Below, in pieces: positions 1-13,276 of a stretch of DNA of 64,000 bases (position 1 is its first letter; the number at the start of each line of letters is the position of its first letter). Position numbers and translations under genes: made by a program. The notes under the pieces are model-generated. The model worked only from the letters and a program-made list of their open reading frames with translations, made no database searches and was not told the origin of the DNA. This DNA is from Eledone cirrhosa (Eukaryota), in assembly GCA_964016885.1 (NCBI GenBank), contig OZ024751.1, positions 31,434,001-31,498,000 on the forward strand. The letters are read 5' to 3'.

Positions 1-305
1 TGAAATTAACCTTTAAGTGGCTGAGTATTCCACAGATATGTGTACTCTTAACGTAATTCTCAGGGAGATTACACCAGTCTAAAGTTTATCTCAAGTCTGG
101 AGGGTGACATGGCCAGTGTTTATCCCAGTTTCCACGGCTTTAAGCCCCCAGCTATTGTTGGCACTCATTTTCAGCTGAGTATACTGAAGCAACATGAAAT
201 GACGTATTTTGCTCAAGAACACAACACACAACCTAGTCTAGGAATCAAACCCACAACATTATGATCATAAATCCAACGCCCTTACCACTAGGCCATGCAC
301 CTCCA
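1..305 (-). mobile_element. tRNA-derived SINE (minus strand); related copies at ~1627-1910(-), 4645-4960(+), 34020-34490(-), 47175-47510(+), 60388-60730(+)
   Basis: Shared block aagtggctgagtactccacagatatgtgt..cttaacgtaattctcagggagatt and reverse tRNA-like head ggaatcaaaccc..taccactaggccatg. Confidence 0.7.
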
Positions 306-2085
306 CTAGCTTACACCAGTACTGGTACTTTATTTTCTTGACCTCAAAAGGATGAAAAGCAAAGTTGACCTTGGTAAGATTTGAACTCAACACAGGGAGT
401 CGGAATGTATACTGTAAAGCACTCTATCCAATGTTCTGACTCTGCCAAATGATGACCATACAATGGCTTCTAACTTTTATCTTAATTTCACAGATTGAAG
501 TAAAACTATTGGTAAACTCAAGGACATTTTAGAGAAGGGGTGTTGTAATGGACAGATAAAATGCAACAATATTAAATTTGGTGGATTTACAATCATTTTT
601 ACCATCCATGAGCTCAGTTGATCTTGCTTGGGTTTCCAGCCAGATCATTTGGAAATGGTTGCTTCTGATAGGATCCTCTGGAAGGCATATGGTTGCTTCT
701 GATAGGATCCTCTGGAAGGTATGTTTGAGGACTCTGCTCTCATGACCTCCTCAAGGATAAATAAGTTGGCAAAGAAGATTTTACTATGTATAGTATTTTA
801 CAATGTATAGTATTTTACTATGTATAGTATTTTACAATGTATAGTATTTTACTATGTATGGTAAAGGACCACTTAACAGCCAATATATTATTGTATCCTA
901 GAGATAGACATGTGTCTTGTATGATTTTTAAGATAAAAATATTTAGAATATGCTTACTTAATGATACCTAGTTCTCTTTTAACTGGGTTAATTTGGCTAC
1001 ACTTGAGTTGACCTAGAAGTTAACCTTATGATCTTTTAGGGTTGTGATTGGATTACACCTAGCAATATATTCTACTTTGTCATTTATTTTAAATAATGAC
1101 TTCATTATATGCTTTATGTAATTTGCTTTTTGTAATCGTTTTGTAACATTGTTAAATAATCATTGTAAAAAGGATCATGTTTATTTTGTCGGTGGGTACA
1201 TACACTTAGAATTTCTAGTTGCCTTCATGTTTTATTTTATATGGGTGTGTGCATCTATGTGTGTTAAAATAACTGATAGATAGCTAGGTGGGTGAACAGA
1301 CAATGAGAGAGTGACAGACAGACAGACAGACATATAGATAGAAACATTGACTCATTAGTAAGAACACTTGTCAAGTCATTGTCATTTGTCTCTCCTCTCA
1401 GATGTTATAGTTGGCATATTTATTTTAATGAATGGGAGTGCTTACCAATTGTTTCTAACAATGGCTTCAGAACAGCTACAACAACAGCAATAGCATCAAC
1501 AATAACAACAATAGTTACAATAACTACAACAGCTACAATAACAACTACAGCAGCAACAACAACAACAATAACAGCAGCAGAAGTAACAGAGCAATAATTT
1601 TCTAATGGATCTCCATCACTCTCGTCATTGTGTGTTCCAGTTGTTTGATTAACGGAATAGCCTTCTCATAAACTTAACATGTAAGTGGCAGAGCATTCCA
1701 CAGAAGTGTGTACACTTAAAGTACTTTTCAGGGAGATTCAATCTGGCACCTAACATTTGAATTAGATGTATAACTCATTTCATGTTCGCCAACTGAATCG
1801 ACTGAAATAATGTGAAATGAAATATATTGCTCAAGAACAGAACTTGCTGCTAGGAATCGAACTTATCACCATAAGATTGCGAACCAAACACCCTAACCAC
1901 TAAGTCACACAACTTTACTTGTAACCTAGTAATGTTTCTTATTTCAACAACTACAAATCTATTTCAACACATCTCTTGCTCTATCCTCCAGAGTAACACT
2001 TTCTCTATTCTGTCTGCTGAGACCATGAGATTGTTTGAACCAGGGGTTCCACCCCAGAGAGTGTTCTCTGACACTGCCTGGGCTT

Positions 2086-3170
2086 GTATCACTGGGGTAG
2101 TGATGGTATAGGTTGATATCTACATATATCTACATACTGTAATATCACCGGAGTAGTGATGGTATAGGTTGATATCTACATATATCTACACACTGTAATA
2201 TCACCAGGGTAGTGATGGTATATGTTGATATCTACATATATCTACACACTGTAATATCACCAGGGTAGTGATGGTATAGGTTGATATCTACATATATCTA
2301 CACACTGTAATATCACCAGGGTAGTGATGTTATAGGTTGATATCTACATATATCTACACACTGTAATATCACCAGGGTAGTGATGTTATAGGTTGATATC
2401 TACATATATCTACACACTGTAATATCACCAGGGTAGTGATGTTATAGGTTGATATCTACATATATCTACACACTGTAATATCACCGGGGTAGTGATGGTA
2501 TAGGTTGATATCTACATATATCTACACACTGTAATATCATCAGGGTAGTGATGGTATAGGTTGATATCTACATATATCTACACACTGTAATATCACCGGG
2601 GTAGTGATGTTATAGGTTGATATCTACATATATCTACACACTGTAATATCACCGGGGTAGTGATGTTATAGGTTGATATCTACATATATCTACACACTGT
2701 AATATCACCGGGGTAGTGATGTTATAGGTCAGTCATTGGCAAACTGCAGTCCATTTGGCTTTCTGAATGGCATGCCTAATTTCAAAACTGCCTTGAATTT
2801 TTTAGTAGTGCAACCCCCTGCTTGAAAAAGGTTGCCCATGCTTGTTGATATCTACATATGTCAACACACTATAATATCATTGGAATGGTGATGGTATATG
2901 TTGTTGATATCTACACACTGTAATATCACTTGGGTAGTGATGGTATATGTTGTTGATATCTACATCTGTCTAACCACTGTAATATCATTGGGGTGGTGAT
3001 GGTATACATTATTGAATCTACATATATCTACACACTGTAATATCATTGGGGTAGAGAGGGTATAAATTGTTGATATCTACATCAGTCTACACACTGTAAT
3101 ATCATTGGGGTAGAGAGGGTATAAATTGATGATATCTACATCAGTCTACACACTAATATAATTGGGGTAG
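2086..3170. repeat. 56-bp tandem repeat: ~11 homogeneous copies (2086-2729) then degenerate copies (2845-3170)
   Basis: Unit atatcaccagggtagtgatggtataggttgatatctacatatatctacacactgta; period 56 measured (2141 to 2197). Confidence 0.95.
2730..2844. mobile_element. Short hAT-like non-autonomous DNA element interrupting the 56-bp array
   Basis: Imperfect terminal inverted repeats cagtcattggcaaact / aggttgcccatgcttg; the array unit resumes in register after it. Confidence 0.5.
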
Positions 3171-5519
3171 CAATGAGTCAGTGATCTTTCTCGTGTTTTA
3201 TAAAATGTCTATAATATTTGCCAATAATTCTTAACCCTTTATTCTAGAATCTTTCACTCCAGCTACTGTAGTTTTACTTGTAACTAGGTAGACACACTAA
3301 GAGTGTTTGAGGGTAAGTACTTAACTATGTAGACACAGTAAGAACATTGTGAGAAGGTGTCTGGGCCAACAGCCGTCTCTTTCCTCTTACACTGTCATGT
3401 TTTTTTTAAGTAGATTTTGCTAAATTGCTTTATAAACTGTTTCTGTCCTTCCATTGGCTTACTCAGGTGTTCTTAAAGGAGCATTCCCCAAATGCACACA
3501 TTCACAGATAGATGCAACAAACATACACATATACATGCACACACACATATAAACCGACATGCACCAATCACACACAGATACATACGCACATTCATGCTCC
3601 AAACTCACAAACATACACAGCTATATACACACACTGAGGGGGAACTGGTAATTTTTCTAGGTTGTCTCCGTTGATTTTTTTTTAAATCTAGAATTAGTGG
3701 TTTAGTTTACATATTGAGACCCCTAACCCATCCTATTTATCTTATACCGTAATGTACTTTTTGGGTCATGTGTAATGTTTTTTTAATGTATAAAATTTAA
3801 TAAGCGGGGGGAATACGAAAAATTAATAGGCGAGGTGGGGCTCGATTATTCAAGATCTGAGAGTATACTCAGACACACACATTAACTTATAAGTACACAT
3901 ACATACACACATTGACATATGTACTCACACACAAAAACATTCACCCTTATGTACACATACACACACATTAACCTATATGTATATACGATACAATTAAATA
4001 CCACAAAGGATGTATGTTGCTCTACAGACTGCCAGTCCAGATAAGAGGAAGACAACTTTCTTATTTCTGAACACCGATTTTCTTAAACGTACTGGATTAC
4101 CTCCCTTACTCCGATATTTCGCTAACTACTGCAGTCATTCTCACTCGCAATCTTGAATCTTCTACTACCACCATCATCATCCCACCATCACTACCACCTT
4201 TATCGCCATCAACATCATGATCATTGTCATAATCACTACCACCATTATCATCATCACTGGGTTGATTTCATAAACTTCTCTTTGACCTTCCCCTAAATTA
4301 AAAATCAATCCAATCCAATCCAGGGTCTTCTCATTCCTGATGGAGGAACCCCTATCTGGTTGACCTCCACCCCTTTCTGTTTAGTTTTGGTCGTGTCAGG
4401 GGTGTGGCCGTACTCACCACGCTTAGAATTCAATACAGTTAATAAAATAAAATAAAATATATAAGAAAAGATTTAATTCAATATATATTTAGTTTAATGT
4501 TTCCAAAGTTAAAACATTCTTAAAGTTTCTAAACCTTAAATAATAAATAGAAAAATATGGTTTGAACATGCGATCAGCTGAATGGTAGTAAAGTCTTGCT
4601 TCACAACTGAGTTAACTCCCCTGTTTCTGGTTTTTCCTGAACATAGTCGAATGGTTAAGAAGTTTGCTTCGCAATCATCAGGTCCCGCGTTTGATTCCAC
4701 AGATGGTCATTGTGGGTAAAATGTCGTTTATTATAGCGTCGGGTGGATCCATACCTTGTGTGTGATGTTAGGTAGACAAAAAAATTTGGAAGTCCGTCGG
4801 ATAAACTACTGTACCTGTAATTCATAGGCCAACTTTGTTACCATGGATCTCCCCGAGAATTACGTCATCTGTACGCTGTGACTGGAATGCTCAGCCATTT
4901 ACACGTTAATTTCACGAGTAGGTTCCGTTGGTCGAACAGCTGGAATATTAATTGTTGAAACTAATTGAAGTTCCCTCTTTTATATGTAAAATGAATAAAA
5001 ATAACCAGAATTATATATATATATACACGTGTGTGTATATGCATTATAGTTCGACATTGAACGATAAAAGGGTCAATTTCGGCGCCAGTCAAGCTAGTAA
5101 CTTAAATATATGCACATAGAATTTATTATACTAATTAGGTTCGAAAGAAAGGCCAGTGTCCATGCTTTTCACATGTCTTCAGATGAATTTTTTAGAATAT
5201 CTAAGAAAGAAGAAAATGTAAGGTTGTCAGTATAGAGAATCGAACCCACGACAGTAACATTACTAGAACCACATTCTAATCAACTTGGCCAACGTATCTG
5301 TCTTAATTTCATGTTGAAAAATAAAGACACACACACATATATATGAATGTGTATGTACGTATGTATATATGTGTGTATGTGTATATACAAAGAGAAAATA
5401 TATGTATATTGGATATAATTGTTTCTACGTGTGGCACAAGGCCAGCAAAATCCAGTGCATTACTGGTACTTTATTTTATCGACCCCGTAAAGATGAAAGG
5501 CAAAGTTAACCTCGGCGTG

Positions 5520-5552
<33 letters not shown>

Positions 5553-5560
<8 letters not shown>

Positions 5561-5893
5561 AGATCAAAAGATGGTTAAAGGAGTTCCATGTATTTTATTA
5601 TGCGCATTTCAAAAACAAACATCATCATGCAATAATATTTGTGTTTTCATCATATAAAACAGGAGAACATGATATGAAGGCTAAAAAACACCTGTGGACA
5701 GTGCAGTTTTAAATCAACATATCATTTGTTGATTTAAAACTGCACTGTCCACAAGTGTTTTTTAGCCTTCATATCATGTTCTCCTGTTTTATATGATGAA
5801 AACACAAATATTATTGCATGATGATGTTTGTTTTTGAAATGCGCATAATAAAATACATGGAACTCCTTTAACCATCTTTTGATCTTATATTAT
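5553..5893. repeat. Near-perfect long inverted repeat (167-bp arms, 7-nt loop)
   Basis: 5553-5719 is the reverse complement of 5727-5893 with one mismatch seen; flanked by (TA)n. Confidence 0.95.
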
Positions 5894-7899
5894 GTATACT
5901 CCAGTCCTACAAATTGTAGAGTGCTTCTTATCCGATATCTGCATTGCTTTATTGTACTACAATAAAACTCACCTCCTACATATATATATATATATATATA
6001 GTACTACCTCTCTATTGTTTTTCTCCCCCTCGATAAAGAAAATACTGTTTCAATAAAAATAAATTCACTACTCAGGAATGATGTAGATGTTTTATTTTAT
6101 AAGTTAAATTACAAAACTTGCATTATAACCATATTACATTGATATTGTCTTTTCTATATAATGTATATAATTTACCCGATCTTATCAACTATTGTTTGTA
6201 GTAATCGGCTATTCTATTATTAGGGTCATTTGCGTTGGGACGAATACATTTCAAATTTTCTTAATGTTTCTTATATATGTGTGTATGCGTATATAACATT
6301 GTCTATACATACGCAACAAATATAAGTAGCTTCAATGAAACGTATACAGAAATCAAAACAAAATCTATATATGCAGTTTATTGTGTCCCAGCCATTATAT
6401 TATATACATGCATTCGTTTTCTGGTTTTCCTTTCTTTGTCTGTCTAAAAAAACAAGAATGTTACGATTCTGGTATTAATATAATTATATATAACATTTTA
6501 ACGGTTGAAAGTTAAAAAATGATTAAAATAATTCAATAAGAACAAGATTTAACATAACTTGATTGAAATGTCTGATTATAATACGGCGCCATATTATAAT
6601 TGCGTCTTATTTATTTATTGGCAGAAAATATGTTTATTCTTCTATTGTTTTATTTTATTAGTCAAAGCAAGTGGACAATGACAATGAAGATATTAGAATT
6701 TTACGATATATGCATACAAATATACACATTCATATGTATATCGCGGAAATTTGAGAAATTAAAGCCATCATACACTGGCCTTGTCATTTACTAGGCTCCA
6801 TTAAACATTTCACTTTATTCATCATGAAAGACAATTTATTATCAAATGTTTCCCCCCTTTTTAAAAATTAGCTTTCATTGTTATTTTTTTGTTTAAATAA
6901 TTCTACATAATGCAAAATATAACCCGAATTCTTTGTATTTGAAGAGATATTTTGTTTTTAATAATTCTATATAAAATATTAGAATTTGTATTTGAAGAAA
7001 TTCTTAGAGAATTTTTCTACCGAAAATTTTCGTTAAATATCGCAACGTTGATTTAATATTTTAAGTTTTGCTAATTTAGGCTAGATTTAATAAATCAGAA
7101 CATTGTGTTTAAATGGTTAAATCCAGATATGATGCCTTGCCATTTTTTTTTAACAAGCACGCTTGTTATTCAATATAAACCATGTTGTGCTCGTTGAAAA
7201 TCTTTATTATTTCTGATATATTGACACTATCGATTTATAAATACTGATGCTTTATATATATATCAAGTTTAGGAATTGTTTCTTTATAAGAATATTTGAG
7301 GGTGGGGGGTTAATTACACCACCTTCCACACTCAAACACGCACGCATATATATATATGTACACACGAATATTATTCATTTTCTCTAATTAATATAACACA
7401 GAATTAATTATTAATGAAACGTATAAATTGTTCTTCACCGTTGGTAAATTCGGTAGCTGTCATATAAATCTGTCTTGACGTTTTCATAGTTTTATGTATA
7501 TATATATATTATATTTCCAACTATTGTAAAATAAATCATTTTTAACCATTTAAGCATAGATTAAATATAACATGTTCCATTTATTTGAAATTTATTAAAG
7601 ATTTGTTCCTTAAAACCATATTTATTGTTTACAACGTATTAAAACAAAAAACATAAAAAAAAGTAAGATGTTTTATCAAACCTTCCTCCATGTTAATTTC
7701 TTTGTATACATGTTACAAGTCCTGCAAAAATACCATTTATTTTGACAGTTATAGTTATAAAAATTAACAGTTTATGAGAAAACAAACAATATTAAGTTGT
7801 AAATATTACAATGTTGTAAACATTTTTATTTAAAAAAACTGATTATTGTGTAATTTTAACTGTAAACCCGTACGCATTTGAATTATACATGTTACAGGG

Positions 7900-9050
7900 C
7901 ACATCAACTACATGACGTCATGCTCCTTGAGGTAAAACGTTGTCGAATTTTAAAAACTTGAAATATTTTAAAATTAAACATAAGAAACTGCATTTAAATT
8001 CACTAAAATATAATTTTGAAAGACAAAGAGAATATTTACTGATTGAAAAGTAAAAAGTAAAGCCGTAAAAGTATTGTGTTGGAGTGAGAGAGTTATCTCC
8101 CGTTGTTAGTTTTGTATCCAAGACTTGCAAGTGTATCGTTCTTTTGAGGCGGCAACTCGGAGCTGTGAGGACATGTTTTCTATTAACTGCTGCTGCATTT
8201 ACTACCTTTCTTCCACATACAGAACCGCAAGAGGCAGAAGAAAAACCAAGAACAAACATATCGCCTCTTCTTTTATTAATCCATTGCAGTTGTTATACGA
8301 ACAAGTGGTTGTCGGTTGAATTTTACACACATCCGCGATCACTTGTTGTATGAAGGCAAACGCGTGGAACTTTCATCTAGTTTTAAAAATTTTTAAACAG
8401 AAGAAACTGACTGGAATTGCATACAGGAGGACACAGTGCCGAAATTTCCGTACATTACGTATGTATATCTGTACAGATCCACTTGTAAAGGTCGACAATG
8501 TTTAATTCTTACTACCTCTTTATAAATGTACATTATATATACACCATCTCAGCTCATTTTCAACAATAAATTCGAGGCGAATCTGAGGAAGAAACGGCAA
8601 AGAAAATGGCGATAATGTATATTTTTTTACACTGTAGATTCTACTTTTTCACCCTCTCTCTCTTACACACATATGTATACACATACAGTCGTACACGCAT
8701 CACAATTTAGACATCCGATCAGATTTTATCTTTAAAGTAGTTCTTTTGTCTTATATAATATCAGCACCACTTAGGGTTTTTGCACTAAATTTCGAGAATT
8801 TGATCATGATTTACATATTTTAGATAGAAAAAATTTTTTTGTAAAATTACCCGATTTTGGTATTTTTCGCCTGAAAGTTTAATATATGGTTTTTCAAATA
8901 TATATTTATTTAGATAATATATTAGTGACTAATTAGGTATATTTGATATCAAATAGAACATTTAAAATGATGAAAGACTGATACATTTCATCATCTTCAC
9001 AAAGAAAGGAGAGAGAAAGAACAAATATGGCGATCTGACCTTCATTTGTC
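7900..9050 (+). promoter_or_regulatory. Second upstream promoter-like island with candidate non-coding first exon ending 8458
   Basis: Palindromic CRE CATGACGTCATG 7911-7922, CpG-richer unique sequence, donor |gtatgt at 8459, YY1-like AAAATGGCG (~8603) and AATATGGCG (~9024). Confidence 0.4.
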
Positions 9051-9740
9051 ATTGAGGTCTTCAATAAGATTTCTATATTTAATCAATCGCATCTCTCTAT
9101 ATTATAGAATCGGTTTGATTATTCACTATGGCTAATTTTCTTGATATTTTATCAAGATCAATTTTTGCAGGGTTTTTTTTCCATAGTGAATAGAAAAATA
9201 TTGATATTTGTTTTTTTTTTGTTTTTTTTTTTTTTCCCCAGGAAATTTATTTAAAAATGCGTGTGTGCACATATATATAATTATGTGTATTTGCATGTAT
9301 TTATTGCGAAAATGTATATACATACATTTATTACGGAAACATATGGGTGAAGCGAAAACAACTATATTCATATATGCCTATTTCGAAAATTATATATATT
9401 ACGATGAAAAGTATCATTCTTTGATCTCGATTTTATTACATAATTAAGGTGTAAGTTTTGAGAAAGGCATGAGCTTCACAACACCCCCTATAATGAACTG
9501 CTGTAGTTTTTTCTCATTAGTTTGATAGTTAAAATGTAAATTATTGAGGTTTTATGTGTTTGTATATATATATATATATTGTGTAGAAATATGAGTATAT
9601 GTAAAATTTGAGATTGTCAGTTATGAACATTTCCTAGAAATATGTATTTTAAAGTTTTGTATAATATTAAAATGTTTTAAATTCTCTCCTTGTGTATGTA
9701 TGTATATATATATATATTATATATATATATATATATATAT

Positions 9741-9826
9741 GGGCAAACGTATTAAGCTCCGCCATCCTACAAATGCATTGTAAATGTGCATTTGTCGAGT
9801 GGTGGAGCTTATAACCCCGTTTGCGC
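9741..9826. mobile_element. Small hairpin MITE-like element in (TA)n
   Basis: gggcaaacg..taagctccgcca..acaaatgca / tgcatttgt..tggtggagctta..cgtttgcgc; TA on both flanks. Confidence 0.5.
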
Positions 9827-9980
9827 TATATATGTATGTGTATTTATATGTACACAGATGTTTGTATTTCACTCTCTAAATTGATATATATATGTATATA
9901 TATAACATCAGTTTCTATAGACATAATCTAAGTGCTATAAAGTAACGTTTTGAAAAACAAAAAATGCGTGTGTGTGTGTG

Positions 9981-10020
<40 letters not shown>

Positions 10021-10257
10021 GATGTATGCATGATTTCATTGAACCTTCACAAAAGTAATCGGTACTAATGTAATTGTCCATCTGGTAAAGATTGTTACCT
10101 TGAATCGTTTAGACTCTTATGTGTGTGTGTGTGTATCTATTAAAAATGTACTCAGAAATGATATATAGATGGCTTATAAAGTAGGGTGAAAACCCTACTT
10201 TATAAGCTGTCATAACATTTCTGCACTTGAGCACTATATACATGTGTATATATGTAT

Positions 10258-10482
10258 GTGTTCAATTCTCAGACCGGGTGATGTGTTTCCTTGAGCAAGA
10301 CACTTTATTTCACATTGCTCCAGTTTACTCAGCTGTACAAATGAGACGATAGGACTGGGGTCCATATTCCACTGAAAAGTGGGCGTGGAGGTACCACGGA
10401 AAAAAAGCATCCAGCTGTAGAAATCAAACCAGAATCAGTTCCCGTCCCACCCTTGCAAGCAGGGAAAGGCAGACATAAAATG
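10258..10482 (+). mobile_element. Internally deleted copy of the same SINE family
   Basis: gttcaattctcagaccgggtgatgtgtttccttgagcaagacac...cccttgcaagcagggaaaggcagac. Confidence 0.78.
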
Positions 10483-11117
10483 GTGTGTGTGTGTGTCTAT
10501 ATTCTCAACGCTTCCCGAAAATTCGGCTTCGTGCGTTATATATGTTAGGTATTTCTAAATAATCCTACGATGTTTACGTGAACATGTAATTTGTATTGTT
10601 GCCTCTTCAAATCAGTGGTAATCAAAGACTATGAAACTAATAGTTCCGTGAAAATCCAACTTAGATCCTGTCTGTATTTATATATATGAATGTATATCTT
10701 CGCCCCCCCCCCCCCCCCCCCTTATACACACGTCTGGTCAATACCACGCCAGTGTACACAATGCTCAGTTCTGGTGTGACCCGGCATAAAAGAGCTGTCC
10801 ACACAAATTGCATATTGGTTTTGGTGCATGTATGTATATTATGTGTATAGTGTATAGGTAGGTCATGTCATCTTTTCTTACGAGAATCAAATTCTTTATC
10901 AGAGAATTTTGTTTCTTGTTCACAAAATATGGGGAAATGAACATTGGCCAATATCCAAATATTTGAATACTTTTTATCAAATGGATTTATTGGTCATTGA
11001 TGATAACCACCTCTACCATTAGCTATTATGGTGTAGAGTTTGATATATTACTGTGTTCCAGTCATTGGCAATTAATGATGGCCACAGATTTTTTTTTTAT
11101 AACACTTTCATCGGTAG

Positions 11118-11133
11118 CTATATATGATGTAGA

Positions 11134-11187
<54 letters not shown>

Positions 11188-11228
11188 TAATATATATATA
11201 ATATAATATATATATATATAATATATAT

Positions 11229-11261
<33 letters not shown>

Positions 11262-11341
11262 ATATATATAATATATATATAATATAATATATATATATAT
11301 AATATAATATATATATATATTATATATATATAATATAATAT

Positions 11342-11407
<66 letters not shown>

Positions 11408-11440
11408 TAGATGATATATATATATATATATATTTATATA
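11118..11440. repeat. Long (TA)n/(TAA) compound microsatellite
   Basis: Direct reading. Confidence 0.95.
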
Positions 11441-12999
11441 TTGCCTCAAGTGGGAAAACCCCCGTCCAAACCCATGCAAGCGTGGAACACGGACGCTAAA
11501 CCTGATGATGATGATGATGATGATGATGATATATATAGATAGATAAATTGGCCATTGATAGCCACACACATTTATATAAAGAGAGAGGTATCCACCGTTG
11601 ACAAATGTTATGGTGTATATATAGGTATTTTACTATATGCTACTCTGTCTACTTTTGATGTAATATTTTTTTTTTCAATAATTGTCAGAATAAACATTAC
11701 TAATTTAAGTCTATGCATATATAGTTTTGTAAGATCCTGTATGTATATAGTCATGGATTACTGGTGTAAGGGCTTGTAGTCGTGTATATTATAGACATAA
11801 TTAAAAATGTAATATTTAGTCAAATAAAATGAAATTCTATAAACGACAGGGAAAGAGCAAGGATTATTAGGCGACAAGATAGGGAGGTGTGTGTTTTAAT
11901 GTCTTTTATGATGTGTGTATATATTAATAATAAAATAGTTATTATATACAACTCACTGTTTTATTAGTTTTTACTTAAACATTCTAGGATCTTTGAAGTA
12001 TATGAGATGTAACCATCGGTTTATTTTCCAAAAATATCTTACATATCTTGTTTATATTGTGATGTATATATTCATGAAGGGAGACATCTATGTTTATTCT
12101 GTAACGTATTTTGTATTTATATATTTGTGTATGTATATATAGCATGTGTTATATTTATTTATAAACATCGTTTATTATTGTTTTCATCCACATTGTTTAC
12201 TTTTCTTATAAATAAAAACATTTCAATTGAACTTGTGTCTTTTAGTTTCTTTTTATATTATATTATATTGTATGTTATGTTTTTATATTTCAGACATTTA
12301 ACACTTTTTACCTTTCTTTTTGGTCAAATGTTTAGTTAAGGCTTAAATTTAAGATGTGATGTATACATACAGTATACTTTACACCTATATCTCTTGTATA
12401 TGTTAATGGATAGGGTTCGAAACAAGTGCATAATTCATCAGCTGCTAGCAGGATTGTTACTGAAACGATCGTTGCACAGTATAGTTATTTACCGAAATCT
12501 TGGTCTTTTACTTTACATATATTTGATGTAACCATTGTCTTCTACACTTCCGGGTCCATACTTTTGAGTTAAATGGCATTGACACGCATCTTGGGTGACA
12601 CTCCAAAACTGACGGTTGGAGTGTGAAATACTAATCAAAGGATATATTACCACTCTGATGAAGGTCAATTATATATACATATATACACACTTTCAGAGAA
12701 TGCGCATCAATGGTGTATTTGGATGAAGGATTTTGCTGTCTCCTTGGCCACTGGCATCAACAAGTTGGATTTGCTTGTTTCTCAATAGTGATATTAAAGA
12801 AGCGATATATCGTAGCAATTGTATTAAACAAGCAATTTGCCAAGCAACCAGACTATGAAACTACAAGCAGATACCATCGCCACCACTACTACTGTATATA
12901 TATTTATGTTAGACCACGTCACAGACATGTTAGCTGAGGGCTCCCCTCTTGAAATATTACTAACTTGTATATATCCCACAATTCCTTGGTTATTATCGT

Positions 13000-13276
13000 C
13001 CGACTTCCTCGCCTGAAAGACAAGAAGACTACCACTGAGACACATACATTAATACTGACATAACACACACACACACACACAGACGATAGTACCGCATACA
13101 TATACATACATACATAGTAAAGATGGCCGCCATATTTCAACTTGCATCGACACGACGCTGCCTTACCACCGACACTTGCTGCTAAAGAAATACACCATCT
13201 TGAGTAGAAAATCGCCATCAACATTACATCTAAATTAATCTCCTGACCGATCCACTAACTTTTCAACCCTTCCCAG
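13000..13276 (+). promoter_or_regulatory. Probable CHD1 promoter / non-coding 5' exon
   Basis: Locally CpG-richer unique sequence; back-to-back YY1-type motif AAGATGGCCGCCATATT at 13120-13136; strong donor CAG|gtaaat at 13276/13277; further GCCAT/ATGGC motifs to ~13815. Start boundary approximate. Confidence 0.5.

Noticed and set aside
5226-5295. tRNA-like sequence on the minus strand
   Set aside because: A/B-box-like motifs are visible but I could not fold convincing acceptor and anticodon stems; probably a SINE head or pseudo-tRNA. tRNAscan-SE would decide.
7918-8353. Short ORFs (113, 89, 64 aa) in the upstream island as a protein-coding gene
   Set aside because: No recognisable domain, mostly non-ATG starts and no spliced continuation found; at most uORFs.
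12640-12700. CTGATGA as a hammerhead core or snoRNA box
   Set aside because: No downstream stem II plus GAAA, and no convincing C/D box pair with terminal stem.
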